From Raillietiella orientalis (taxonomy: Eukaryota): a stretch of DNA of 20,829 nucleotides. The position numbers and the translations under genes are program-made. Below are positions 9,318 to 20,829 of this stretch, piece by piece (positions within the stretch are counted from its first letter, which is position 1; each line of letters opens with the position of its first letter). The stretch spans positions 496,001-516,829 of the forward strand of contig JAYWIR010000066.1 in the NCBI GenBank assembly GCA_036172245.1, read 5' to 3'. The notes beneath the pieces were generated by a model, which worked only from the letters and a program-made list of their open reading frames with translations, made no database searches and was not told where the DNA came from.

Positions 9318-12300
9318 CACTTGTGCAAAAAGAAGTCGTACGCATGGTACACAGGAAACTCATGGAATTCCCATCTCCAGCACCACGTGACCATTATGAG
9401 GTTCAGCAATAGCAATACGGAAATGATGGAGAAAAAAATCCTCAGCTCGGTAGACGAGCTAATAATTTCCACACCTAATGTGAAAAGCACGGGAAGAAGA
9501 GGTTTCAATTTAATCCAAGAATTTCACTTTTCGGGGGGGGAAAAAAAAGATGCCGACGCACGCACGAAGAAATGGGAAGAAGAAAAAAAGTTAACGATAT
9601 ATATATATATATTACGTTACTTTCTCCGTATTGCAACTGCACACTTACTTGGATGAAATGCATTGGGACTCGGAGGTTGTCTCCTGGAATCTTGGTAATC
9701 AGAATGCAGGAAATTCTTCTTAGATTCCACGCGACCATGGCGAACGGCAAACCTACTATCTTTGGTAAATTCGTCGATCAACTTCCGGATTTGGATGTAG
9801 AAGTTGTCCATCCCTGCCCAGGCATTTTTGTCGATCAGATCTGAGAGGGGAGGAAGGAAAAAAAAAAAAAAAAAGATCAACCACTTTCTTCAAAATTCGG
9901 CGCACAAAAAAGCATTGATCTACTTTCGAGGGCACTTTTCGGATCTAAAAGTTTTCGCAAAGAGCGGCTAGAAACTCTAGAAATCTCTCGCAAACGATGG
10001 TGGCAAACGAAAACCTTGGCCGTGACTTCTTGAGGACACCAAAAAAGAAAAACACACAAGAAACAACCAGCACGAAAAATCGCAGCAGGGAATTTCCTAA
10101 TCGAGCCCCGAGCTCGAGGAGACTCTTTGCCTCTTGAGGGACACCGCAAAACATGCGATGATAGGGGAGAGGAACCATCTTCAGGAAGGTTCGCCGCGAC
10201 TGGGCGTGTCTTCCCGATTCTTCGTCACCAGGCTGCATTTCCAGAACGAGGTTTACGTGTTCTCAATTCTTCTTCTTCGTTTCCTCTTTTCGAGTCGGAC
10301 GCTCATGAGGTATCGGGCAGAGCCACGCTACGGAAGTGCGCAACACCGCTGGTTAGATACAGGGTGGAAGATGAAGGGTTTCCAAGGCGAAATGCATCCA
10401 CATATCCAGCACAACGTCGCTTGCTTAACACACACACACTGATTTGAGAGGAACTACCCGTGATTTGGAACGCAGCGCGGAGTGAGGATGAGAGTTGCAA
10501 GAGCTGATCGCGAAAGATCGTCTGCCTCCCTGGCGACCTGAAAAGAGCACGGGCGTCCAACTGACGAAGAACGGAAAAAACGCACCCGGAAGTAAGTGAC
10601 CACGACAGATTTCGCCAACCGCGCGCCGCTTTCAGTGACCGAACTGTAGAACCTCATGCAAGGAAACGAAACCTGCGCTCCACCACTTCTTACCGGAAGA
10701 CCAAGGCACGCTCCCCCACCCACCACCGAGCCTCTTCCGAGACGCGTCCAGCTTCAAGCACCTCGGGAAGACGTCTCTCGCAAGACAACAGCGAGATAAC
10801 GGCGCGCTGTACAGAATGACAACGACGCGGCATCCGCATTTCAAGGAGTGGGGACTATTACTTTCTGAACGGTAATTGCACAAACACATTAAACAAGGCT
10901 AAAGAGAAAAGAAAGCCTGCTGCATGCTGTTAAAACTTGCTGGAACTCGTTACCACTTCGATGACCAGTGCTTTACCGAGGAACGGACTCTTTTATTATC
11001 GTGCCATCATTACAATGGGGCCAGACACCTCATCGATCTGTCAAAGTGGGCACGTCATCTCTCTTCGTGCCGTCACAACCAAGCCTGAGAACTGGTGCTT
11101 GTGTACACTGGAACCTGTGCTCTAATTTTGCTAATTCTGCTCTTCGTGAGCCGCGACTGCCTGCAGGCTTGTCCGAGTGGGCAAACATTCTTTCTGCTGC
11201 TTTCACAGATGGAGAGTCAAACATAATCGATGGAAATTACAACTGAAAATCAGACGCAGCGCCGAAACCAAACCAAAGCTGAAGCTCTGCTTTGCTTTCG
11301 ACTCCTCGGTTGGTGAGCACTTCGGAGCAAAAGATGTCGAAGGTTACGTTCAATGCTCAATGATGGACTCCAAAAATCGAAGCCAAGTTCAAAAGCTGAA
11401 GAGACTGGTCGGTCACTCGAAACTTATCCGTGAAAACACACAATGAGGTTGGCCAAACGAGCCTTCTGCCGGCTGACAGCGGCACAAGGGGGGGGGGGAG
11501 AGGGTAAAACGTAAGAAGTTTTAAGCGAATGAGATGGAAAAACCGTTTTCAAAAGTCAGTTTCCGTACGCACACTCATGAAGAAGTGCTTAAGCACGTGG
11601 AGACTGAGTTGGACCGAAATGGCGGAGCCCCCCCCCCCCCCTTTTCCGGACCCCAAAACAAATTTTCGATACCGGGCAGCATCAATGTAAGAACGCAAAC
11701 CGTCATCTGGAATCCACGCAGCTAACCAAAACACGTGCTCCGCTTGGATTTTTAGAAATTCGTCGCTGAAGGTGAGCCAAACCATTCAAGGGGGAGGAAA
11801 TGTACGACTTCTGGGTACCGTGCTCGTATTCTGCATTCGAAGGTTTCTGAAAATACCCGGAAAACAGGGTCGGGGTAATTCGTGACCGGAGACCGATGGT
11901 GGGCCCGCCGAACGTGCGAGCAACGGGAAAAGGGGGAGCGATGCAACGCTGAATGCTATGCGAGCACCTGACCATCACCCGTGTCTTCGGGCTCCTTCTT
12001 CGTGAAACGTCGGGTGCCGAGGCCACTCCCAAGCAGGAGGAGGCTACATGGCAAGAGCACGGGAAAAAAGGACCCAGACTCTCAGGGAATCAACACAGTT
12101 TGCATTTCCTCTGGAACCCTTACTTTTTATCATATTCCAGGGCTCTTTGTGATACTTGATGTCAGCAAACACCATGAAACTGCTCTTGTTCGACGTGATT
12201 CTTCTCAGACATATGTGTTTGTGTACGCTGAATGTATCGCCATAGGGAATGCCAGTGTTGTTGACCTCTACATTTATGGAATACAGCTCACTTGGGACGC

Positions 12301-13137
12301 TGCAGTTCTTGAGCACCTGTGGAGGAAAAAAAAAAACTCCGATACAAGATGGCATCAGAACGAGACGAGTACCTGAGTTTCTTTCACGTGACAGACTTTG
12401 GCTAATGGACTGCTCGTCTCGACGTCGTACGTCGTTGTTCTGCATCTTTCCCCACAGACGAGGTCTCCTGACGATTCCCATTCACCAATCACAACGTCTA
12501 GAACACACACCTCCTGTAAACAGCCGTTTCCGAGAAAACACAAATCTGGAAACAACTGCAAGGCGCGCGAGGGGCAGCACACACGCAATTTCCATGCGGA
12601 CCAATCTAACACATGTCCGGATCGGTGCGAAGGAAACACGGCAGCACCAGAGCATCCGGCAGACCCGGTACCGTGCAGCGTTTCGCTTCTGCGGTTCGAA
12701 GGACTTCACCAGCTCTCAGAGTGCAGAGCGACCAACAGACTGGAACGAGGGAGCAGGAGAGTGGGGCGAAGGGGGGCGTTAATCCGTCGATTAGCGACCC
12801 AGTCTCTGAATCAGCCTTTTCCAGCATCGCATACACCAGGAGCAACACCGGAGCGGATGGCTTCTGGGTCGAGTTGGGGACCGGCACCGGCCAACGTAAT
12901 CCGCAAGTAAATTCGGAGCACCACCCCACCTTTTGTTCGGCTTCGGGCCCGTACGAAAGCTAGCAGGCAGTGTCCGCAGCTAACTCCGCATTCCTGGAGC
13001 TCCCCACATCTCTGGGTACTTTGGCAGCGGGCAACCCGCGGATGTTGCCTCGGGCGAGGGAGGAAGACAGCTTCATCCCAACAGATAGTTTCGGTTCTAC
13101 CTATCTCGAGATGTATACGAGGAACCTGAGAAAGTGT

Positions 13138-13169
<32 letters not shown>

Positions 13170-16100
13170 TACATACAGGAAGAAGAAAGGTGGAGAGAAA
13201 ACCATGGCAAACTATCCAAATGAAGCTTAAGCATCTGCCATAAAAAAGATGAGCTCGATCGACGGAACGCCAATGAAGCTGCACAATTAAAAATAACGAG
13301 AAAAGTTGGCATGCCCGACGTGTGGCGAACGTCGAACCACCCTGCGCATGCGTGAAACGGCCTCAATCGCCTCGGCCGACTGGCGCAGTCGAATCGCAGA
13401 CGTTTTGGTCCAGGGGATTCTTTCGAGGGGTGTGTACAAACCTCACTTGTTCCTTCCCCCCTCTCCCTATTTCTTGACTCTTTTTGTGAATACCCACCAC
13501 TCTAGTTTGAAGCTGCGTATTACTTCTTGCCATCAACACTTCACTCGGTTTCCTTCTTGTTCGAACCTTACCGTCTACGCAGATGCGGATCTTTCCAAGT
13601 CGTCACGCGGCAGTGACGTGGAACTGGCAACTGCCTTTCCGGAAATTCGAAAACCACAAATGCCAGGACTGCTTCCGGCGGGGAAAACTTGTGAACGCAA
13701 AGGCAGATTCGGTCGAAGCACCTCGTAAATGTAAGATTTTCGGGTATTTCCTTGCGATTCGACGCTTGCACGGTATGGAAAAATTCCTTCAGGAGAGAAA
13801 CGCTCATCAGAACCGCTTGCAACCAACTGCCAAAGTTCCCATCCTGCCAGAACTCTCGTTCTGAAAATCTGCAACACTTTATGCTTCTTCCCGAGACCCG
13901 AAAGCGACGGCTTTCCCTGCGATCTGTCCGTGACCGCAACTCCTTTCCATTGACCGCGACTACGGGTTCATTACAGCGCGTCGATCAAAGTTCCCCTTTC
14001 AACCCTTGGATGATGGGGCTCTCGCCCAGGGAAGCTTTCCTCGCCACTGCCATTCCGACTCGAAAGAGCAGCCGACCGCTCCGGCGGTCCACTCGCGAAC
14101 GTTATCCGTTTTCCTGACGTTCTGTGGAAGTCGCCGACTTTCGAGACGCGCGCGCACAGCAGCACAGGACCAAAAAGAAACGGCTGATGAGCAGGGAGGC
14201 GCACAGAAATCCTCTAAGGTCTGCGATTCCCTGACACGAAGCGTCTGGCAACTTCAAATTCAAAACACGAAGGCGGTTTTGTTTTCGTAAACATGGGAGA
14301 TAAAATCGGGGCAAACAGCATCCTTTCGCCGGAAAGGGAAAAAGAAGAATCGACCGTCTCCTCCAATGATGAGCGAAATTGGTGCACGATCAATCCCTTC
14401 CGAAATCTTACACCAGAAACGTGTAGTAACCTTTGGCGACGCGACTTTATCAAACTTGCTAATGATTACATTTATCATTTAAGCACACCGACCAAAGTCG
14501 AATGCCTTTTACAAAAAAGGAAGAAATTCTTCGGCCTCGTATACAACATGACGACACGCGCACGTTATCGCAAAAGCGTACCTAAGTGGCTGGTGGTTAG
14601 GTGGCTTCCGTGACGGTGCCTGTCATCAGCACCATCAGCTGACACGCGTGTTCATTACGAATAAGGAAAGCTAAGAGCGAGCACACACCTCGCTGAGGCG
14701 GGTATGAAACCGGAAGAGGCGGACACCCAACAGGAGACTCACTTGCATCTCTTCGGCGATGATGGAATTCCAGCATAAACTCGGACTTCGTGAAAAGCCA
14801 GGAGAAGAGCGTGTCAACGGATACGGGGACGACTGCGTTGAGCAAACGTTTGCCATCGTGGGCAATGGCACAATCTAAAAGTACAGTGGGTCAGAACTGC
14901 CCTCCTGGCTCCCCTCCCACCACCACCACCCCGCAACTGAAGTGCGGGGGGAACAAGAAGGGCAGGAGGAAGATTTTGCTCGGGGGCTCTCGAACCACGT
15001 GCTGACGTGAATTCGCGCCCGGGACGGTGTCCACGCGGCAAGGAAAGAGCTCATACTTTCTGAACAGTTGTTTTCATAGCTTTCCGACGTGTCGCTCTCG
15101 CAGCTGAGAACTTTCGAGTCCTCCTGATCCGTCAGCTTCGATTTTGTGTCCTCCGAAACGTAAGGATGGGAAGCGACCTCTTTGCCTTTCACGTCCTTGT
15201 AAACCTGAAAAACGGAGACTGATTCACAATTCATGGCTCATCAAAGTTGCGCTTTTCACACGCAAGAAGTTTCTTTCTTCTTTTTTTTTTTTTTTTTTAC
15301 ATTATTTTTCTACCAAGAACTGAATTAACTTATCAAGAAGCACTGATTCCGAAAATCAATTACTTGTTCTCGGGTAGTAGTATGGAAACAGATTTACTAT
15401 ACCATGCATGCAATTAGCAGATACGATCCGGAGAGTAAAATCAAGTTCCAGAAGTAGTACTCTTGGTTACTCGTCGATCGATACCCAAGTGACGAATAGT
15501 TACACACTGATCCGAGAGAAATGGAAAACCTCAATTGAAAGATATCACGTTATAAGCATGGTATTATTCCTGGACCATTCTCTGCTTGAATAATCATGAT
15601 ATTCTAAGGTTCATATATTATAAAAGCATCGCATCATAATTTGCATTTATCGAGCCGAACACATTTTACCGCACACATCTGGGTACTACGGATTCATTTT
15701 TTTTTTTAATAAAGGGTAATTTTGAAAGTTTTCATTAAGGTGTAGCACGAAAAGGAATAGGAGCAGCAAAGCAAAACACAAAGCCACTAAAAAAATGAAA
15801 AAAAAAAAAAAAAAAAAAAAAAAATTGCTCATCTTTATTTTACACCGTGAAAGCCCCAAATATGAAGATCGATGTGATGACCCGGACAGATTAACAACAG
15901 CATAAGGTGACTGAATACACTGACGTGTTTCCATCGTTAAATCGAAGAAATTCCTTCCGGGATAATAAAAAAAAGAAAAAAAAGGAAAAGAAGGAGAGGT
16001 TCACAGCACAGGTTCAATGCTTCCGTTTGTCTAAATCAGAATAATGGGTCATAATGGCTCTTGGGAAATCAAAGAAATCATTTTGAATCGGTACCGAGTT

Positions 16101-17722
16101 CACAAATAATGACGAAACGCGTTCACCTGTACAAAGTAACTGCCCATTTCAAAGTGAAATACAAAGAAAGAGCTTCCTACAATAAATACATACCTCAATT
16201 ATTACACAAAACACGGTAATATCGCATCTCAGTTCTCGGATGAATCCCAAAGCACGGGAACACTAGCAAAGCACAGCAACGAGTGCAGGAATACGAATCC
16301 TACTTTCGTAATAAAGAAAAGATACATACGAAAAGGAAGAGGAAGAAGAAGAAGAAGAAGAAGAAGGAAAAAAAAAAAAAAAAAAAAAAACCCACGCTAC
16401 TGCAAACGTGGAACATAGCGAGAAGCTACCCGCAAGACGTGGAAACGTTTCCCGAACCGACTGTCCCCAGGATACCCCACGACGCTTCCCGCTTCATCCT
16501 CGGAAACCGCCGAATTTCGTACGACTGTCCCCGAATCCGAAACAAGCATTCGAACAACCAACACACGCTGCAGCTCTCGTGCAAACACGGCTGGAAAAAG
16601 GAGGAAGAAAAAAAAGAATGGAGACACACGAGGCACCAACGAGAAAGCTCCGCAATGAGAACTTGAAAGGGGAGGGGAACATGCACAACTGTGAAGGGAA
16701 GGAAGAAGAAAGGAACACCAAGCGTCCAGAGTTTCCCATTCTCGTGAGACCGGACTTGCCGTTCGTCGCAGGAGAGCCTGGACGTTCCCTCTTCCCGCGG
16801 CGTAGTGTGCCACGTCCAGCACCACGCTCGGGAGAACTGAACGGAAGCCGAAACTGCGCCTCCGACCCGATCCCGCTCAAAAAAGGGAACGATCGAAACG
16901 GCCGCGCCAGCTCATGGCGCGGCCATTCATACCCGCACCACGGCTCAACCACCCCACCCCACCCCTGCTTCTGGAGCCACCGTGCAAACGGCCATCCCCG
17001 TGCCGCGGTCGCACTTCCCACCCACCCACCCCCCAACGGCAGAAATCGCCGAGAATCCTCACACGTCTTCCCCTCCCCACCCTTGCCGAGCTCCCACTGG
17101 GAGCACCGAATCCCCTCTCGGGAGCGCACAAAGTGCTTCCCACCGATGTTTCCACACCGAACACTTACCGATTTATGCACACTGCGTACTCGTTAACGGA
17201 GTACCGCACAACACCGGCATGCGCTTGCAACTGTAATGGGACAAACAAATGGGAAATAGGTATTTCCGGGAAGTGCACACCGCCCACGAAAGCTCTTCCA
17301 AGCGCACACCTCGGATCCCTGATTCTGAAACTGCTGCACGCTCCGAGTGACTTTCCTCGTGTGCACACCACACACATGGTCGTACTTGCGCGACACGCCC
17401 TCATGACGGAAAGAGCCTCGGAAATGCAAAGTGCCCATTAACTTGCAAAGGCTGTGATCGTCCCACGGAACACTACGTGCAAGGAAACACCGGCGTGAAC
17501 GCTTCGGCACATCCAGGAATGCAGAAACGCATTTGGGTGCACAGACTGCATTCAATTCCGAGGGTGTTGGAAGCTCGGGATGGCTTTTCTACACGCAGAA
17601 CACGGGAAGGGATACTTGCAGGGGGGGAGGGGGGCGCCTTGCCACTCGAAAGGAAAAGACAGAAGGAATTGCACGACAAGAGAATCGAAAGTCGAACGGA
17701 CGATCCACAACAGGATTTCAAT

Positions 17723-17753
<31 letters not shown>

Positions 17754-19851
17754 GGGCGCAGAAGACTTACGGGAAAGAATCGTGCAACCGAAGAAGCGCT
17801 ACGGTTACAACCGACTCGAGAAACGAAAATCAGAATGACTTCATTTTTTCCACTTGCTGGCATTTAAAAAGAAAAAAACACATTTGCGGGTGTGCGTCAA
17901 TTTATCAATTTGCAGAGTTCCAACGCGGTTGTTGGGAAAGTCTTTTCAGGAAGAACTATCGGTGAATCTGACCAAAGGGAAAGCACAATCCACCAACAGG
18001 GACCCCACCCCCACCCCAAAAGGGAAAAAAAAAAAGGCTTTTTTTTTTTTTTTTTTTTTTTCCAGAATGCCACCAGACGTCAACAAGCGATGAGAAAAGA
18101 GTGAGATACCTCGAGAAATGCAGCTGAACTGCATTGCGGCTACTTTCGATCCCATCCACACAGCTTCTGATTTTCCTCACTTGACGATAAATACACGGAC
18201 AGCGCCGACGGTTTTTATTTAATGTATCAGCAGATCACGGGCCTGACAAGCACACACGATTTGGCAAAGAAAATGGATTTCGCAAGTTCATCATTTCGGC
18301 CGAGAGAAAAAGGGAACTGCGAATTTTCCGTTTGATGCGGAAACGACTGCGGCGCTTCGAGGACAGAATAGAAGCTCTGATTCTATGGGAAAGCTTTGCA
18401 AGCTAAGAACACTTGGAATTCGAAAAACATCGCCATCGTCATGCAAACACAACCTACCACCGGAATGCCTAATCCCATCACCGTATCTCAGGGAACACTT
18501 GAATGACCGAAGAGAAGCACAGACACGCAAGCCAGAAAAGCGTGCCTAGAATTGCCACGACGAGGAAAATAGATCAAGAAAAAAAACACACACACACACA
18601 CACACATACACTCCAAAAGTATGTGGAAAATCAAAACACACAAAGAAGGGAAACTTCTCCGCAAACACCAACGCCTCGCGCCAGATGAAGACGGGGTGGA
18701 AACCGTCGGAACAGCATCCACTGTGGAACAAACCACCGCAGATGGATGGATAATCCATCGAACGTCCTCCGATTCTGGATGGACCCGTTTCGCCATGAAT
18801 GACATTGCACTGAGATTCCTTCACAATTACTGGCTTTCCCGTTCCTCCAGACACTTCAGCTGGGGTGACAATTCGGCATGGGTTGTACATAGAGGACAGC
18901 ACGCTGACGTACGCCGCCACCCAACTTGCAGAACGAGGGAACAGCGTTCTTTCACGAGCGCACGCCACGCCGAAACTTTAAAATTGGAATTACAGCTGCC
19001 GAGCAGAAAGCGAGGGGAAGCACGAAATGAGTTTTCATGGATGAATTCAGAAGTGCTCCATCGAATGGAACACCTCCACGAGTATAAACTAACACGCGAT
19101 GGCAGACATGCAAAACTTGGGTCAAGAAAACGTCCCGGACATCCCGAAGAGGAGGAACCTCCAGCGACGGATCAGCACCTCTTAACCACGGATCGACGCT
19201 GCCTACCTTGCACAAAACGCACGGCAAAGTGAGAGCGATTCCAGCTTCAAGAGTCCGAGGAGGATTTGCACCAAGTAGGATAGGTCGGGATCGGGTTGTT
19301 GGTTTTTTCTGCTTCTTTTTTTTTTGGGCCGGGGGGGGGGGGGGGGAAGCAGATCAGCCCGGGAATCCTCAGAGACCGCCAAATGGGTTCACAGCGGAGA
19401 TAAATCGGCAACACTCTTGGGACGTAAAACGTACTACTTATCAGCAAAACTTTCCTCGTGTGCACTTGAGATTACCACGCCAACACTCTGCGAGGGACGA
19501 CAAAGTTTCTATCTCGAGTCGCACTCCGTGCATCCGCCTCAAACACTTCAGGACACGTTCGGTTTATCACTCATAAAACGCCAGCCAAACAAAAGAGGGC
19601 ATCTCTAAACGTCTTCCTCTTCTGAAACACTCTTTCCTCTTTTTTTGGGGGGGAAGGGGGGGGGGTACGGGGGACGGGGGAGGGGGGAAGCGCACACCAC
19701 TTGGCGGATACGCGGGATATATATTTTTCCAGGATATTTTTTCCCGGAAGAGGGACAGCCAAAAAGACTCGGGCGATCATGAAAGTATGCACAAGCGGTC
19801 AAACGGCAAGTGAATAAACCCAATCCATCCTGCGATGCCCGGATCTTACAT

Positions 19852-19891
<40 letters not shown>

Positions 19892-20681
19892 TTCCGTGCT
19901 CACGCCGAGCCGGACAACGGCTAAGGAAAGTTCGTTCCGGACTGCTCGCAACAGTTTGCGGATGGCACTTCGTTCGCGCGCGGATCCGACCGGGAATCGG
20001 CGCCATCCCGGCAGAGCGGAAAGTACGTTTTCCGGAAAACAACACACACACAGTCCATTCGTTAAGGGGCGACCGATCCACCGGGCAGCGCCTCTCATCA
20101 CTCGCACACACACAAATTGGTTACCAACATTCGACTCCCGAGTTCCGAGAACGAATCTGCTTACTTTACCTGTTTCGAAACGGTTTTAGGTTCTATGATA
20201 GCAGTTTTGTCAATATCAAAGGAATCAGGACCAAGACCTTCTCCGTACGACATACGTACGAGTTGCCAGAACTCATCTTGGCTCATAGACTGCAACAAAA
20301 TAAACAAGTACTGAACAACGAATGGTCACAAAAGGGGAATAAAACCTGGTTTAAAAGGGCATTTTGCCACACTCGAAACAACATGAGATAAGTTTTATCT
20401 CTAGCGGTTAGAGAGGTAAAGAAATGTTTTTCTCCATTACTCATCGAAACCTGGATCGCATTTGGGATAACCAATGCTGTTTTTTCTTTTGTTATGGATG
20501 TGATCTGTTTGCAATCAATGATAACCTAAATGCATATTGATTGAGTATTCATCTTCTTTACAAAATGGCAAATTTACCAAGGTTTCCCACCAAAAAAAAT
20601 TTGCGTAAAAGCAAGCATAGTTTTGCGAAATGTACATTCTTCCTTGGATTAATATATCCTTTTGAAGCGCACAAGAATAAT
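7430..20681 (-). CDS. GRAMD1B: GRAMD1/Aster-family protein (GRAM + VASt + TM), 5'-partial; complement(join(7430..7652,9321..9474,9649..9840,12124..12316,12373..12497,14743..14874,15057..15204,20170..20289,20346..20525,20578..20681))
   Basis: The ten exons join through GT-AG introns with matching phases into one open frame of about 522 codons ending in TGA at 7432-7430. It contains GRAM motifs (YSCALQKDILIQGRMYISQNYACFYANFFWWET; TKEKTALVIPNAIQ; EKHFFTSLTARDKTYLMLFRVWQNALL), VASt motifs (VDTLFSWLF; GIPYGDTF; LIDKNAWAG), a TM helix and a C-terminal helix. The family call is from recalled motifs; the paralog letter is nominal. Confidence 0.92.
9321..9474 (-). CDS. GRAMD1B: GRAMD1 exon: transmembrane helix
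   Basis: cacattag|GT GTG ... CAC AA|gtgagt; hydrophobic IFFSIISVLLLLNLIMVTWCW; 154 nt, phase 1 to 2. Confidence 0.88.
9649..9840 (-). CDS. GRAMD1B: GRAMD1 exon: VASt C-terminal helix and linker
   Basis: ctctcag|AT CTG ... CCA A|gtaagt; LIDKNAWAGMDNFYIQIRKLIDEF...; 192 nt, phase 1 to 1. Confidence 0.9.
10500..10850 (+). mobile_element. Decayed RTE-like LINE RT C-terminal remnant (intronic)
   Basis: SSFKHLGKT-LSQDNSEITAR...AASAF at ~10745-10842 resembles the FKYLGSxLSxD..EIxxRI..A..AF signature; frameshifted; left boundary is a guess. Confidence 0.45.
12124..12316 (-). CDS. GRAMD1B: GRAMD1 exon: VASt domain core
   Basis: ttcctccacag|GTG ... AAA A|gtaagg; VLKNCSVPSELYSINVEVNNTGIPYGDTFSVHKHICLRRITSNKSSFMVFADIKYHKEPWNMIK; 193 nt, phase 0 to 1. 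Confidence 0.92.
12373..12497 (-). CDS. GRAMD1B: GRAMD1 exon: VASt domain
   Basis: gttctag|AC GTT ... ACT CAG|gtactc; VVIGEWESSGDLVCGERCRTTTYDVETSSPLAKVCHVKETQ; 125 nt, phase 1 to 0. Confidence 0.87.
13138..13165. repeat. (CA)14 microsatellite
   Basis: Direct reading. Confidence 0.95.
14743..14874 (-). CDS. GRAMD1B: GRAMD1 exon: VASt domain start
   Basis: acttttag|AT TGT ... GCA A|gtgagt; CAIAHDGKRLLNAVVPVSVDTLFSWLFTKSEFMLEFHHRRRDA; 132 nt, phase 1 to 1. Confidence 0.9.
15057..15204 (-). CDS. GRAMD1B: GRAMD1 exon: acidic/Ser-rich linker
   Basis: tttttcag|GTT TAC ... GAA A|gtatga; VYKDVKGKEV...SCESDTSESYENNCSE; 148 nt, phase 0 to 1. It bridges the flanking exon phases, but the sequence itself is poorly conserved. 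Confidence 0.75.
16330..16390. repeat. Pure purine tract including (GAA)8 at 16342-16365 and A23 at 16368-16390
   Basis: Direct reading. Confidence 0.93.
18587..18606. repeat. (CA)10 microsatellite
   Basis: Direct reading. Confidence 0.95.
18640..18850 (+). mobile_element. Possible decayed RTE-like LINE ORF C-terminus (intronic)
   Basis: RRWMDN followed, in another frame, by WTRFAM, resembling the RTE terminal RWxD...WxxxAxDR motif. Confidence 0.3.
19854..19887. repeat. (GA)17 microsatellite
   Basis: Direct reading. Confidence 0.95.
20170..20289 (-). CDS. GRAMD1B: GRAMD1 exon: post-GRAM conserved helix and start of linker
   Basis: ttgttgcag|TCT ... AAA CAG|gtaaag; SMSQDEFWQLVRMSYGEGLGPDSF..., matching the family ELWxxVxxxYGxxLG motif; 120 nt, phase 0 to 0. 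Confidence 0.88.
20346..20525 (-). CDS. GRAMD1B: GRAMD1 exon: GRAM domain, C-terminal half
   Basis: catttag|GTT ... AAC CAG|gtttta; VIIDCKQITSITKEKTALVIPNAIQVSMSNGEKHFFTSLTARDKTYLMLFRVWQNALLNQ; 180 nt, phase 0 to 0. Confidence 0.93.
20578..20681 (-). CDS. GRAMD1B: GRAMD1 exon: GRAM domain, N-terminal half
   Basis: atatag|AT TAT TCT ... ACC TTG|gtaaat; (D)YSCALQKDILIQGRMYISQNYACFYANFFWWETL; 104 nt, phase 1 to 0. Confidence 0.93.
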
Positions 20682-20829
20682 CTATATTCAATTACAATGT
20701 GCTATTAAAAAATAAAAGCCTGACTTGTAAACAGAAAGTTTAGATAAACTGAGCTATTGGGCTTTTTTTTTTCCTTTTTTTTTTCCTCTTTTTTTTTTTT
20801 TTTTTTCAAAGAAAAATTAACAACGATTA

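Noticed and set aside
12811..12960. RIYLRITLAGAGPQ as a candidate VASt exon
   Set aside because: Exon 12373-12497 provides this VASt segment with better motifs and correct phases.
13566..13640. Possible extra exon ending at a gtaagg donor (VTTWKDPHLRR)
   Set aside because: Weak acceptor, incompatible exit phase, and redundant with the VVIGEW exon.
16408..17196. Longest ORFs in the window (262 aa on +, overlapping 228 aa on -)
   Set aside because: GC-rich intronic sequence open in several frames, with low-complexity Pro/Arg/Gly content and no recognisable domain or splice support.
18621..19232. 203-aa plus-strand ORF as a nested gene
   Set aside because: No coherent domain; it starts beside a microsatellite and is better explained as decayed LINE sequence.

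Overview
Eukaryotic (metazoan, probably invertebrate) genomic DNA in two parts. (1) 7430-20681, minus strand: ten coding exons of a GRAMD1/Aster-family ER sterol-transfer gene (GRAM domain, linker, VASt domain, transmembrane helix, C-terminal luminal helix). I reconstructed them by hand, with GT-AG introns whose phases all agree. The 5' part of the gene lies beyond the right edge. The large introns hold microsatellites, homopolymers and very decayed RTE-like LINE scraps. (2) 1-~7030: a dense nest of dead transposons immediately 3' of the gene. It contains four fragments of L1/Tx1-like non-LTR retrotransposons (three clearly paralogous, each with a CCHC-type C-terminal zinc knuckle), an Hsmar1-like mariner 3' half with its TIR, and a probable LTR-element 3' end. 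I found no prokaryotic-type system, CRISPR array or RNA gene, and I cannot support a new biological system. The best leads are the Tx1-like cluster with conserved 3'-UTR motifs, a LINE 3' end abutting the gene's predicted poly(A) site, and the Hsmar1-like mariner.
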